Positions 10,028-22,757 of a stretch of DNA of 64,000 bases are shown one piece after another (the stretch's first letter is position 1; the number at the start of each line of letters is the position of its first letter). The notes under the pieces are model-generated. The model did not search any database, was not told the DNA's origin, and saw nothing but the letters and a program-made list of their open reading frames with translations. This stretch comes from Dipteris shenzhenensis (Eukaryota). Both the position numbers and the translations under genes were made by a program. The stretch lies in NCBI GenBank assembly GCA_047967505.1, contig CM106538.1. One strand, 5' to 3'.

Positions 10028-12517
10028 TCATGCCTCCTTATCCCGGTACTGTCCGAGGGTTGTCACTTCTGTTGCAAACCTCACAGTTTTGGACTTGCGG
10101 GATGGAAGCTGAGGTGTGCTACCTTCATCTTCAAAACTTGTTTGAAGATCTCTCGTGACACCCTTTACTACCTCCTGATACCTCAAAGGCATAGATTGAT
10201 CACCCGAGGATGAGGCACTCCTAGAGTTAGTGGTTGACCTTAATGGTTGTGGGCCCTTCGAGTTTGTTTCTGAATCACTATCAGAAGCCAGCATGGGTGG
10301 TCTATTCCTGGGCGTACTGTGTACCTTGGAGGAGGAGAATGACCTCGGTGGGGGAGCACTTGTCGAACTCATTGGTGCTGAGGTCTCTGGTGCTGACTCT
10401 GAGTCACCCTTAGATTTGTCACCTTTTGTATGTGACCGTGTCACAGCGTCCAACACTGCGCCAATCAAATGGGGATTGTTGCCCTCCCCCGCCACTACTA
10501 CATCAACCATATTCACTTGGGATGCGGGTTCCACTCTTCTATTGGGACAATCTCTGGTGTAGTGGTCGTTTGTGTTGCACTGTGTACAAGAGGGTCCCCC
10601 GAACGGCTGTGTACAATCATCTTGGTAGTGGCCGTACTCGCCACATCTGTAACACATGATAGGTCTTCTAAAGTTTGTACCTTTGCCTGCACCTCCGCGT
10701 CCACCTCTGAAACCACCCCTTCGACCGCGTTGATAAGAGGGCCCATAGCCACCTCCTGACATAGGTGGTTGGTACGGGGCATAGTATGGCTGAGGATAGA
10801 AATAAGGGGAACCAATTGAATTGGGGGCAGGAGCTTGGAGCAAAGGGGGAGTCGGAAGAAATGGAGGTGGCATGACAGGAGGAGGAGGTGGCTCAGATGC
10901 TCGTGCAAGAGGGGGAGCAGAAGATACTTCTGCTGGACCAGAAGTTATGGGTACCGTTCTGTTGATTGCAGCAACTAGAGGTTCCCCCGAGGTATACTCT
11001 GGAAGAAGCTTCCTTAATCCTTTGAGGTACCTACACTCAGAGGCATCATGTCCATGGATCTCACAAAATGTACAAAATGAGGTAGAAGTAGTTACCTTTC
11101 GCTTGGAGGGGCACTCCCAGTAACCGTGGTTAGAACCCTTGCATTCGGTGCACCAAAGGCCACTTCGAATTTGGGCCTCAAAGGACGATTGGCCATCCAC
11201 CTTTATTCTATCTTTCAGGCCTTCTTTGATTTCTTCTAACTCCTCCTTGAGTTGCTGCCATGCGGACGATCCCTCCTCTCTTGGGAGTTGGGTGGTCGTA
11301 TTCGTTGATGAGGCAAAGCTTAACTGTGACCGTTCCATCTTGACAGCTTCTTTTAGGAAGTCTTGAAGTGAGGCATGTTCAGGGAGTTTATCCACCAACC
11401 TTATAGCAATGAAAGGGGGTAATGCTTTCAAAAACCATCCCTTCATGACAGCATCATTAGGTGGCATAGACATCTTTGCCGCCAAGACCCTCATCCTTGT
11501 GTACATCTCAGAGATGCTTTCTCCAGGCTTCATGGCGTCAGTGGATAACTCTTGGACAATCATGTGTTCGAATTTTTCCAACTTGAAAGTACGTAAGAAT
11601 TCCTTTCCTAGGTCTGTCCACGTTTGGAAGTGGTCCAGAGGAAATTGATTGTACCATACATCCGCGGCATCCTCCAATGACGAGGGAAAGAGGTGAAGGA
11701 ACGCATGCTCATTCTCCACACCTTTAGCTTTACATGCTGTGAGGAACTTCCTCACATGAGCTTCCGCATCCTCATGGAGGTGGCCTTTGAACTTTTGAGT
11801 CTTCATGTGGACCTTGTTGAGTAGCTCAAGAAGTCTAGCTCTGTCTGGGAGACTGAGAACGGCCATCCCCACCCGAGAGGTTGGAGAAGATGCAAGAGTT
11901 GGAGGGAGTCCCGATGGGGCTGTAATGAGTGTTAGTGTTCCCAAGGAGGAGACCACCCCGACAACTCCTCCTGTGGAGGACCACAATGGGGAAGTCACTA
12001 CTGATGTAGTCATAGAGGGAGTGTACCCAGATGGTAGCGCGTAAGTGGGGGGTCTCGGTGTTGCAGAGGGAAAGGGTGAGAACATGGAAGATGTGGGGGT
12101 GAAAGAGGATGGGAGAGCATTTGGGAAAGATAGGGACGGAGCTGAAGTCATGGATGAGTAGGCAGAAGGGAAGGAAGGAGGTGGTGGAAAAGGCAACACC
12201 GGTGTGGATGGAAAGGGAGATGAAACCATTGTGGCAGGTAAAGGCATGGCTGGAGGAAAAGTATCCCCCAATGGGATAGATGTAGAAGAAGGATTAGCTA
12301 GGAGCCGAGAACTATGCATAACAGATGAGGTAGCAGCTTGTCCACAAGAGGTCGTGGCTAACTTGTGTTGACACATGGTCAACATGTGGTCAACAGATGT
12401 CGTCATGTGATCAACGCCTGTCGACAGGTGGTCGTGTGATAAGGTAACATAGCCAAAGGCCTCTCCGTCTTCAGCCTTGTAGCAATTGCGCACCCATTTG
12501 ACGTCTAGCCAGCCCAT
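10028..12517 (-). CDS. gag: Gag of the gypsy element (capsid-like domain plus four CCHC zinc knuckles); true start codon uncertain
   Basis: KFKGHLHEDAEAHVRKFLTAC...FPSSLEDAADVWY...WTDLGKEFLRTF Gag motif; CTECKGSNHGYWEC, CTFCEIHGHDASEC, CYRCGEYGHYQDDC, CTQCNTNDHYTRDC. Confidence 0.88.
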   Translation of the reverse strand: MGWLDVKWVRNCYKAEDGEAFGYVTLSHDHLSTGVDHMTTSVDHMLTMCQHKLATTSCGQAATSSVMHSSRLLANPSSTSIPLGDTFPPAMPLPATMVSSPFPSTPVLPFPPPPSFPSAYSSMTSAPSLSFPNALPSSFTPTSSMFSPFPSATPRPPTYALPSGYTPSMTTSVVTSPLWSSTGGVVGVVSSLGTLTLITAPSGLPPTLASSPTSRVGMAVLSLPDRARLLELLNKVHMKTQKFKGHLHEDAEAHVRKFLTACKAKGVENEHAFLHLFPSSLEDAADVWYNQFPLDHFQTWTDLGKEFLRTFKLEKFEHMIVQELSTDAMKPGESISEMYTRMRVLAAKMSMPPNDAVMKGWFLKALPPFIAIRLVDKLPEHASLQDFLKEAVKMERSQLSFASSTNTTTQLPREEGSSAWQQLKEELEEIKEGLKDRIKVDGQSSFEAQIRSGLWCTECKGSNHGYWECPSKRKVTTSTSFCTFCEIHGHDASECRYLKGLRKLLPEYTSGEPLVAAINRTVPITSGPAEVSSAPPLARASEPPPPPVMPPPFLPTPPLLQAPAPNSIGSPYFYPQPYYAPYQPPMSGGGYGPSYQRGRRGGFRGGRGGAGKGTNFRRPIMCYRCGEYGHYQDDCTQPFGGPSCTQCNTNDHYTRDCPNRRVEPASQVNMVDVVVAGEGNNPHLIGAVLDAVTRSHTKGDKSKGDSESAPETSAPMSSTSAPPPRSFSSSKVHSTPRNRPPMLASDSDSETNSKGPQPLRSTTNSRSASSSGDQSMPLRYQEVVKGVTRDLQTSFEDEGSTPQLPSRKSKTVRFATEVTTLGQYRDKEA

Positions 12518-13577
12518 ACTTTTGCTTCACCACCCCCATCGCCTGACTAAGGCCTTCACACTATATCAGCCTCCTATTCATAGTGTCTGCGCTGCCCCCG
12601 TGGCCCGTCTCTGCCTCCGCGCAATGACTCCCTGCACCCGTAACTCGTCATGTAATCACAGTCACCATGTAGCCTCTCTTGCTCACGAAACTCTCCTCGT
12701 CTGTGGTCCTCCCAGACTCCATCACCGAGACCCTCTCCTTCAGCACAACAAACACCAGATCCCCAAGCTCTTGCGAGGCAACGTCTCCCCCTTCCAAACT
12801 CCAGCAGCTTCTCTATCCTCTCCAGCCAAGCTTTCTAGAGTCTGCAGTAGCAATGCCAACGCACTCTCCAAGCTCCTCTAAGGGATCCCCCTGTGTCATG
12901 TGCATCCTCGGCTTCCCTCTAGAACCATGCAGCATACCCTCATGTCACCACAGTTGCCATCCTCACGTACCTCGCAGCTCGTCATCCAGAATTATCCTTT
13001 CCTCCCTTACGTAGCATGCATGGCCTGCTTTAAAATATAGCCACGTCATGCTCTCCTTTTTTACCACTCTTCCATGCTCTCCTTTTTTACCACTCTTCTA
13101 CTCTCCTTTCAAACCTTAGACCAAGGCCATTAATGCCTATATTCCAACCTTAGGCACACCACATTTGCACATAACCTTCAAGCAACATTTAATGCTTACT
13201 TCCATATGTGATATGATGAACCCAATCCCAACACACGATGGAATTACATGACACCCACAATACAGAAAATGCTCATGCCACTATACACACATGACTCCGG
13301 ACAACCATGAAAGGCGTATGTCATCCCACAACAAAACATCATCACACTCTAGATACCATGCTCTAGATTGTTTGGTGCACCTACACTGCACTTCATCATT
13401 TTCCCAAAAGTCCCCGTAGAAGTATCTACCATCTCAAGAAAATATATACATCAATGTAGAGTCTTTTATGAGAGTGTCCATAGCTCAAAGACACCACCAT
13501 CTAGCTATGTACATAGCTATGCACCTACCCATTAGCATGCAATAAGTGAGAAACATATTTACATTTTTATCCACACA
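12499..13577 (-). repeat. Putative 5' LTR of the gypsy element (inner boundary tentative)
   Basis: Minus strand starts TGTGTGG at the LINE junction. A candidate end ...GACGTCA is followed by AA-TGGGTGCGC (PBS-like). No partner LTR in the window. Confidence 0.5.
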
Positions 13578-14311
13578 ACGTGGCTCTCTTGTCTTTCTCA
13601 GCAGAGGGGCTTCAGAGACACCTAGACGCACTACAGTCCTTTTGTGAGTCTCATGATTTGAAGGTCAACCTGGGTAAAAGCAAGGTCATGATCTTCAATA
13701 CATCTCAAGCCATCATGCTTCAGGAGCAGTTCACATTTGCGAGGTCATCTGTTGAAATAGTTTCATCATACACTTATCTTGGGGTTATCTTCTCCGAACC
13801 CAATTTCACTATGAGACCCGCAATGCAGGCAGGGTTGAGTAGAGGGTATGCTTCATTGGCCAGACTAGAGAGGCAGTGCTTCCGCTCGCACTTTCAGGAT
13901 CCACGCACCAAGGGGTTGCTTTTTGACTCCTTGGTTCGCCCAGCAGGGATGTACGGTAGTCCTTGTTGGGGGCCAGACCTGTCGGATACAAGGTGGGCCT
14001 GTGTCGAGCGGCTACAGGTTTTCATGTTATAACGGATGATTCGTGGTAAGTCATCCGTTCCTCACCAGATCATTCAGGCTGAGTTTGAGTCACCCCCTTT
14101 ACAGCTAGATGCTGCATTTCAGGTCATCACGTATCTGTACCGAGTTAGGAAATATGGGGATTATACCTCGGGGCGTAGCAGGCTACCATGGATAGCTCTA
14201 TCATCTTCTATGGTACTTGCAGTAGGAGGAGACCAGAGATGTTGGTTTGCACGTACAGAGAGATGGTTTGAGTGATTGGGGCTCCACATGGATAGACTAC
14301 CTCCCTTCCAG
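13578..14311 (+). mobile_element. RTE/RTEX-like non-LTR retrotransposon fragment (RT C-terminal half), interrupted on the left by the gypsy
   Basis: (D)VALLSFSAEGLQRHLDALQSFC...LKVNLGKSKVMIF...YTYLGVIF...LFDSLVRPAGMYGSPCWG; in-frame stops at ~14030 and ~14273. Confidence 0.85.
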
Positions 14312-17300
14312 TCCCAAGCCACCCTGGCTACAACATCTGAGGCGCCATCTAAACCGCTCCATAGGAAGTTCTTGATAGGTCTCATGAGCTGAGCGATGCA
14401 ACCTCTAGACGTGTACGAACAAGAGCAAATGAACCCGCCGTGGCCAATAATACCTGGCTCACAACCAAAACTCTAGATACCTGTGAATTTCTTCACGAGA
14501 GCTGGGTAAACTTTACGAAGAGTGTTTCTGAAGCTGCCCCAAGCTTTCAGAAGAGCAGCCATGAGAGGAGGAGGAGGGGATTTGAGATGGGCTAAAGCAA
14601 AGATCCATTTGATGCTGTCCATCCAATCTCCCCCATGAGATGAAGTACAAGAATGAATGCTACGTGAGAAAAACTCTTTCCAAGGCTCCCGTCTAGGCAT
14701 CAATCCACGTACTGCAAACTTGCAGAGCAAGGCCATACACTGCAAGTTCGGGTCAATAATATTGAGACCTCCTCCTCCTATGGGGAGAATAAGGGTCTCC
14801 CAAGACACCCTGGCTACAACATCTGAGGTGCCATCTAATCTGCTCCATAGGAAGTTCCTGATAGGTCTCATGAGCTGAGCAAACAAACCATGCAGTGGCC
14901 AATAATACCTGGTTCACAACCACCACCCTGGATGCAAGGTCAAGTCTGGCAGAACTCCAAAAGATGAGTTTCCTCCTGATACTCTCTAACACGGGAGCAA
15001 ACTGTTGTGCTGGAAAGATGCCCACTCCAACCTAGCATCCCAAATATCTAACGGAAACTACCCTCTGAATCCAAGTGAACCCTATGTCGTTCCCCCAGTC
15101 TGAAGTGTCCTCATCATTGATCCAAAAGCCATTGGATTTGTTTTAGTTAATGTGTGCACCTGTCGCAATGCAAAACAAATCCAACGCCGTTCTGAATGAA
15201 GTCATTGTCTATGAAGCGGCATCCAAAAAACAAGCCGTATCATATGCCAACTCACTGTCTAAGAGCTCATCCTCCTGCCTCAAAGGAAGCCTGAGCCCTA
15301 CAATACCAGGTTGAGCTCTAATGTAATAGCTCATAGCTTCAGCCACAAATAGGAATAGAAAGGGGGCTAAGGGGCATCCTTGGCGGATTGATCTGGTAAT
15401 CTCAAACCTGTCCCTCTTGACTCCACCAATAAGAACCTGGCTGTGGGCTGACCTGTAAAGTACTGACACCCCTCTGATCCATGCATCTGAGAAACCAAAA
15501 CGAGTAAGTGTGCCCTCCTAAAACCCCCAGTCTACCCTATCATAAGCTTTCTCTAAGTCCAGGAGTAGAATGGCCAGCCTGTGGCCATTATGCATGGCCC
15601 AATCCGAAGCCTCCCAAAAAGAGAAAATGTTATCAAAGATGCTTTGTCATGCACAAATCCCGTCTGCGTATCATGGATAAGATCTGGAAGAAAGGGATGC
15701 AGACGAAGGCTGATAGCTTTAGCTAGGATTTTATAGAAGGTACTAGCAAGGTAATCGGTCTCCACTGAGACACTAAATTCCTGCAATCCCCTTTCGGAAT
15801 CAAATAAATGAGGCCCTCCGTAACTGAGTATGGCATCTCACCCGAGTCCCATTCACCCTGCAGGGCTGAAGTAATGTGATCCCTAATCTCATTAAAAAAT
15901 TAATGAAAAATAAGGAGGTAAGTCCATCTGAGCCAGGACACTTGCCCTTGTGAAGGACAGAGAGAGCAGTCCTGGACTCTACTTTGGTGAAGGGTGCATC
16001 AAGTGAGACAGTCATATCCCTTGTTAACAACCAAGTAAATGTCGCCAAATAACCACTCTAGCATCATCTGTGGCCTGAGTGCCAGGATCTGCTGTAAGAA
16101 GGGAGGCATAGAAATCGGTGGCAATTCGCAAGACGGCATCTGAATGTATCTGAAGAAGTCTGCTTGAGTCAACAAGCTGTGAGACAATCTCCCTACTATG
16201 TATGGGGCCAAGAGTAGAGAAGAACTGCTTGTTGACCCTACCTCCCGTTTGAGTACAAAATGACTCTCTGGCATGAAAGGCATACTGTGCTCTCTGATCT
16301 AAGAGTGATTGCTACTGGGCACTTGCTGCAGCAAGGCGCTCTTGAATCCAAGCATATGTAAGCCTCTTCTACTCCTCTCTCTGGAGGGAAGCCAACTGCT
16401 GGCGGATACCTATTTCACGCCTGAGGATCTCACCCCTCTTGATACGAGCAACTAAAAGATAAAAGTCATTTATCTCAGATAGGGTTGTGGCTAAATCTGA
16501 TGGAGAAAGCTGCCCGTCCTACATATAAGATACCCATGTCCTCAACACTGTCTCTATAAGGCCCTCCTTTGCATAAAAGGCATCTGGAATCCTAACATTG
16601 ACAAGCGACTCCTCACATGAGGATGTGAAACCATTAGAATCACTGGAAAATGATCCGAAGTGGACACCCCAGCTGAAATGCTAACAGTACCACCTTTGTC
16701 AAGAGCCCAATCATCCACATAAAATCTGTAAATCCATGCATGGATAGGCATCTGCAATCTCCTGTTCGACCAAGAAAATAGGAGAGAAAGTGGCTGAGTG
16801 TGAAAAGCATCATCGTGCCAAGCATCCCTGCCACTGTACTGAAAAAGGAAGGCATCCCAAGCTGCTCTCTTTAAGGAGTGAATACCACCTTCCCTACCAC
16901 CGCTTTTGTCTCAGGGCATTTCAACGAAATCGCCCCCTATAATCCAAGCATATGAAATTGGTGACCAAGAGAGCAGTTCCTTTCAAAGAAGGACACGATC
17001 CCCTCTAGAATTGGAAGCATAAAGGTTTAAAAGACCAACCTTATGCCCACCAATCAAAAGTATAATCCACTGAGCTCTGGAAGGAACTATGATCCCCTGT
17101 CCAATCACCAAGGGAAGTATAGAAGAAGAAACAGAGATGCAAGCATCTCCCTTGGCGCCCAAGGCGGGGGACCAAAAAGTATGGCTTGAAAGAAGCTTAC
17201 CCAACCTGGCACAATCCCTGACATCCAATTTGTGTTCCAGAATTATCAGAATATCCATGGGTCCCCAAGTAACACCTGGATGAAGTTGGTTACGAATCAG

Positions 17301-19534
17301 CTACCTACAGCGGCGGTGAGGTACACCCCCGAGGGCATGAATGTTCCAACTGACAATTCTTACGTGCGAGAGGAGGAGGCCGGATGGAAGATCCTACCCG
17401 ACCTGGTAATGGAGAAAGCCCTCTCGTGGGAAAAGTTCCTCCTATCAAGAGTAGGGAAATCAACGGGGGATAGCACACCCACACCCACTAAGGGGAAAAC
17501 TCTTTCCACAGATGTGTGAAAGATGTGCTCCCAGAGCGTAGAGGGTACAAACTCCTCCTCTGTCTCAAACTCAACCAAGTCTGCCTGAACAGAAAAAGAG
17601 TTCCTTTGAAGTACCTCTGGTGCAGGAGTGCGAAGGAGCTCTGCGGAACGAGGAGTGGAGCCAATAACATCCTTATCTCTGTCAAATGTAGACAGATGTG
17701 CAGAAGAGGGAGAGGGGTGCTGCAAGAACTTGGCATGCTACATGGCCTCAACGTGAATCTTCATGGCCCCAGCCACGACTTTGGCATTATTCTCAAGTAA
17801 GGCATGGGTCTGTGCCGAAAGCTTCTCCCTAGGTGAGTGCTCCTGCACATGAACACGTGAAGGGGCAGGAGCAATCTCATCTGCATATGGAACCAGGATA
17901 AGAATGTCTCCTGCTTGAAGAGACGGGTCCGTTGCACCATTAGTGGTAGCCTAAGGTGGAACTGGCTCCCCAACTCTAATAGACACCCAACGGGGGATGA
18001 TCAAAATAGGACGTGCTGACTGTCTTGTCCGTGCTAAAGAAGTACGAGGACGAGAGGCTGAAGGTCCTGGCTGTGCTAAAGAAGTATCAGGGCAAGAGGC
18101 CGGTCCTGGCTACAAAGTCGAAGATCTAGCAACGTGTGAAGCGGCAGGAGCTAGTCATGAGGAAGGTCCAGGTCGGGTGAAGCTATGAGGTACACCCGTG
18201 GATCTTTTAGGTCTTTTCTCCTTTCTTTTCCTTGGGCAATCTCTGGCAAAGTGCCCAAGGGTCTTGCAAATCCTACACTGATTCTCTCTCCCTGCAATCT
18301 CGACCTCTGTCTGAAGGAGCCATCTGGACGCTGAAGCATAATGTGGTCATCCGATATGTTAGGGTCAGAGACAATGACCCTAACACGCGGTATCCCATCA
18401 TACGTGATTGCCTCTGCTACTGAAGAAGGCATCTCAGGGAGAGGGAGGATCTTGGTAACCACACCAAAGGCGGCTCCAATGGAATGTAAAACTCGATGGT
18501 ACACTTGAGGAAGGCGGGGAAATCTGATGAAGAGTGACATCGTCCGGCTGTCCTCCTTGACAGGATCAAACCCGAATGAGAAAGGGGTAAAAAAAATCCT
18601 CTTGGAGCTCAATGCTAACGGTCTGGCTTGAAGCATTGTACCTGCTACCTCCGAGGAGTCAAAAACAATCTGGAAGAAACCTCGCCCAAGTAGATAAACA
18701 TCTGTGAGGTGCCCTGCGAGGTATCCAGGTAGAGCGGCGAGCATCCTGTAACCTGGAAGGGTGGGACCCATGGATGCAAGCAAAGACCGATGTCGATCTC
18801 TCCTACTCTGTATCTTTTTTTAGCTGTTGCAACTTGTCTTTTGAGAAAATGATGGTTTTCGCGGCTAGTGGAAGCGGGCGAGGATTGGCTTAAGGTTGAG
18901 CCATTGTCAATCAAGGTGGGAAGGCCAACTTGAACACTATTGAGCTCCGTCCGACTAAAAATGCTGCGTTCGAGGAGAGGGTGAAGGCTGAAAGGAGAGA
19001 AGGGGATGAAGAATGCTAAGGGAGGGGGAGAGAGGAGAGGACTAGGGGTAGGAGAAGAGAGGTGGGAAGGGGAAAGAGGCTAGGATAGAGGGTAGGAGTA
19101 GAGAGTGGATGCAAAGAGAGGCTAGGATGGGGTAGGAGTAGAGAGGAGGAGGGGGAGAGCGGCTAGGCGAGGAGGTAGGAGTAGAGAGGATGAGGGGAGG
19201 AGGGGCTAGGCAAGGAGGGAGAGGAGGAGGAGCTAGGCAAGGAGGGAGAGGAGGAGGAGAAAGACTGAGGGGGGGGAGAGAAGGCCCTCGGGGGGGGCAA
19301 AAGTGGCGCAGAGGAGGAGGAGACCCGCGGGGAGGCAAAAGTGCCGCAAGGGGGGTGAGGAGGTGCCGCAGGGGAGGAGAGGGCCTATAGGGGAGGGAGG
19401 AGCTGGCCGGAGGGAAGAGAAGGCCAGCAAGGGAGGGAGGAGCAGGCCGGGCAAGCGGAAACAGGCCTGCGGGGAGAGGAGGGACAATGGGAGAGGGAGG
19501 AGCAAGCCGGCAAGGAGGGGGAGGTGGCTGGCGG
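14312..19534 (-). mobile_element. L1-clade LINE, 3'-truncated and decayed (CT-rich 5' region, ORF1, APE endonuclease, RT)
   Basis: ORF1 LGRGFFQIVF...FGFDP...LFIRFP (DUF4283-like) plus CCHC. ORF2 DILIILEHKL, LNLYASN, SDHFPV, CPGSDGL, RQGCPLAPFLF. 14312-14480 is an extra copy of the 14798-14936 segment. Confidence 0.9.
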
Positions 19535-19844
19535 AAAAAGAAAGAAAGAAAGAAAGTGTATTATTGTCCACTAAAGGCCAAAATGGGCCCATGGGACATC
19601 AAGAACTCTGCATACAAGATAGCACAAAATCAACATGCCACAAAGAAGAGGCATCGTCGAATATCATCTAAGTGCTACGCAATACAATGCAAGTGAAAGT
19701 ACATAATGTCAAATCTGAGCCTACTTACAAAGTAAACTAGAGAGAGAGGCTGACGGAGGGGAAAGGTAGGGGAGGGGAAGGCCGAGGGCGGAGGCTAGAG
19801 GTAGGGGAGAGCTAGGGAGCAGCCGGGTAGGAGCAGCAGCAGCA

Positions 19845-20743
19845 AACCCAAGGGGGGATATCTATGTCACAGACAAAATATTCGAAGGGGTTGTTGCAGA
19901 AATTTAAGATGGAGAACTGTAAGCCTGAGGCCACTCCATTGGAAAAGGGAATCAAGCTGAGTAATCATGATACAGCTGAAGAGTTTGATGGCACATTGTA
20001 TAGGAAGTTGATTGGCAATTGGATCTACTTATGCTCCACACGGCCAGACATTGCCTATGCCACAGGGCTTCTTAGCCAGTTTATGCATTGTCCCACAGTC
20101 ACACATTGCAATGCAGCTATTGCTTCTAATTGGGCTTAGAGTGCATCTCATGGCTCAGTAAGAAGCAAGACCACGTGTCTCTCTCCTCCAGTGAAGCAGA
20201 ATACTAAGCTGATAATTCAGCTACCATGGAATGTATGTGGTTAAGGAAGCTTCTGCATGACTTGCATCATGCTCAAGAAGATGACATAACTCCAATCTTC
20301 TGTGATAGCTAGAGTTGCATTGCTATTGGAAACAATCCTGTATTTCATGCTCGCATGAAACACACAGAAAATCACTATCATTATGTGTCAGATTGTATCA
20401 CAGATGGCTTTATTAATCTCACATATTGTTCCACTGAGGACAACGTGGCATATAGATGAATTTGTGCAACCATGGTACTTTAGGGATTACAGGTGCTTCT
20501 GAGATCATTCCAGAGTATTTCAGCCATATCATTGAGGGGGGATTTGTAGATATATATACAATGATAAGGTGGTGTAGGATAGACTAGGACTTAGTCTATT
20601 TTAGAGTTTTTGTGTGCTCTAGTACTTTGACTATATATACCAAGTACTTGTACTTCATTTGGTTGAACATTTCAGTCGGAGTTCACTTGTGTTCACTCCT
20701 TGTTCTCTGGTGTTCACAACTCTTCTCCATTCTTGTTCCTACA
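19845..20743 (+). mobile_element. Ty1/copia 3' fragment (RT/RNase H, PPT, 3' LTR 20545-20743)
   Basis: MSQTKY...CKPEATPLEKG...YLCSTRPDIAY; PPT attgaggggggatt at 20531-20544; LTR TGTAGA...CCTACA, same family as the 26.8-36.1 kb LTRs. Confidence 0.88.
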
Positions 20744-21444
20744 TTGCCACTGGGGTTTCCACTTTGGATCACTTTCCTGTGGTTTTGATAATTTTTAAGC
20801 CTCATTTGAGAGAATGTTCTGCCAGTATTAAGATTCCAAATGCTTTTTAAGTAGAGGAGGACTTCACTGAGGCAGTTTTGCAGATTTGGGTGTCACATAT
20901 GTAGGGTGGAGTGACATCTCCTTCACATCTATGGCTGCAGCCCTGACTGATATTAGTGACTTTTACCACTTTGTCGCTAGTACTAGGAGACGTGAGATTA
21001 GTATTCACCAGCTGTTGGCAGCACTGCAGAGGGAAGATAAAAAACGAACGACAGATGCTTGGATTCATGAGCAACTTGCTGTAGCAAAGGCTCAACAGCA
21101 ATTATTGCTAAAGCAAAGTATGCCTTTCTTTCCCGGAAGTCATTCTGGACTCAAATGGGGGGTAGAGTCAATAAACACTTCTTCCCTACTTTTAGTCCTA
21201 GACATAGTGGAGAGAGTGTCTCACATCTTATTGACTCAGATGGGGTTTTGCAGATAGATCCTGATGCCGTCTTGCGCATAGCTACAGTTTTATATGCCGC
21301 TCTCCTCACAGCAAATTCTAATACAGAGGCTACATATGATGCTAGACATGCTATTTTACAGAGCATTAATGTATTGGTGAAACTGGTTATGCGAGTCTCA
21401 TTGGATGCACCTTTCACCAACAAAGAACTCAAAATTGCACTCTT

Positions 21445-22187
21445 TTGGCTTTCTATTCATGGAGGGATTGTAGTGAACTTGTGGAGATCTAGTTTTGGGG
21501 CTGACCCTACTTGTCCTCGTTGCCACATTGCAGTTGAGTCAATACAGCATTGCCTTTGGGAGTGCAAACAGGTGAGGACGATCTGGAAAGATGTTGCTAG
21601 GATTTTCAGTATCTTTCCTTTCTATATGACCTGGGGTTCAGTAGCATAGTTATCTCTTACTGGCCCTTACGTGTTTTTTGAGGGACATGATCCAGATCCA
21701 ACTCTCATTGTACGACAACACTCAGTGGAGTCTTGTTCTCTCCATGATGTTCCCTTCACTCCTTTCAGAGCTGCTCATGCCTCAGTAGACACGTCTTGGG
21801 AGACTCTGGCTAGCACTGCAGCTTGGCATATTTGGAGAGCCAAGTGTATAGAGGCGATGGAGGGTAACCAGGTTCACCCTTCCCAGGCTATGGCCAGTAT
21901 TTGAACCAACACAGTACACTCTGATGGCCATCTGGACAAGCATGCAGGGATCCTCAAGAGCAGCCACTGCCGGGAGAGTTACTTTTTTCAGAGTTAGAGA
22001 GGATCTCCTTTCTTCTCTGAGTCTCCCTCAAGGTTGAGGTGGCATTTTCAGCCTCCACCTTGGTTTTTTATTAGCTCCTTTTGAGCTGTTTTTTTTTCCC
22101 CTCATGCATAGCATGATGTACTCCCGCATTTGAGCTTGCACTCACGGTTTTCATTCATACTTAATGAAGTAATTTTCTTGGTAAAAA
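21445..22187 (+). mobile_element. 5'-truncated L1 copy inserted into the same-family L1, 14-bp TSD
   Basis: AAAATTGCACTCTT at 21431-21444 and 22188-22201; encodes CPRC...ESIQHCLWEC and ends in an A-run; the host frame resumes LALHKGKYPG. Confidence 0.88.
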
Positions 22188-22463
22188 AAAATTGCACTCT
22201 TGGCCCTTCACAAGGGTAAGTACCCAGGTTCAGATGGACTTTCCTCCCTCTTCTTCATTGCTTTTGGGGATATGATTGGGGATCACATGACCTCAGCCTT
22301 GCAGGGTATTTATGACTCGAGTGAGATGCATGGCTCACTGACTGTTGGTCTCATTTATCTTACGTTTGCAGCCCATACTTCTACATCTCATTCATGATAC
22401 GCAGTTAGGTTTTGTGCATGGCAGAAGCATTTTTTATAATGTCTTATCGTTTTGGGAAGCTTC

Positions 22464-22757
22464 TGTTAGAACATGAAGTCAAAGTCAGTGTTTCTAGTGT
22501 ATTTCTAGTGTATTTTATTGAGTTCTAGAGTAGTACTAGACTAGTGTGCCACATGTCACTATGGGACTTATCCCATATACATCTGATACCTAGAGTGTGT
22601 GTGCCTATTCTATAAAGGCATTGTACTTGTCTAGTCTTGACATATTAGTCAACATCAAGCTTTTATATCATGTGAGTACTTTGGTTATCATTGCTTTGCA
22701 CTTGCATCTTCATTTTAGTCTTTCCATTTCCTTTCCATTTCGTGCCATGTACCTTCA
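22464..22757 (+). mobile_element. Solo LTR (294 bp) with 5-bp TSD GCTTC, related to the LTRs at 48781 and 50608
   Basis: TGTTAG...CCTTCA flanked by gcttc at 22459-22463 and 22758-22762; shares ttatcccatat, acttgtctagt and catgtgagtacttt with the 48.8-kb LTR. Confidence 0.9.

Larger units (their letters stand above)
1..13577 (-). mobile_element. Ty3/gypsy LTR retrotransposon (non-chromovirus, Athila-like layout: gag-PR-RT-RH-INT plus extra 3' ORF), decayed; 3' LTR lies outside the window
   Basis: Minus-strand domain order gag (CCHC knuckles), protease FLDGGAAVN, RT (RICVDYR, PFGL, FLDD), RNase H (VDAS, YFASR, TDH), integrase (HHCC, SDRG, GPF). Outer end reads TGTGTGG on the minus strand at 13577. 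Confidence 0.93.

Noticed and set aside
18960-19600. Pro/Leu-rich and Gly/Arg-rich ORFs (also at 44660-45110 and 63084-63977)
   Set aside because: Low-complexity purine/pyrimidine-skewed leader regions of elements, with no recognisable domain.
19540-19740. Non-repetitive-looking islands (also 26715-26823) checked as possible upstream alpha-mannosidase exons
   Set aside because: No frame with GH38-like residues bounded by AG/GT.
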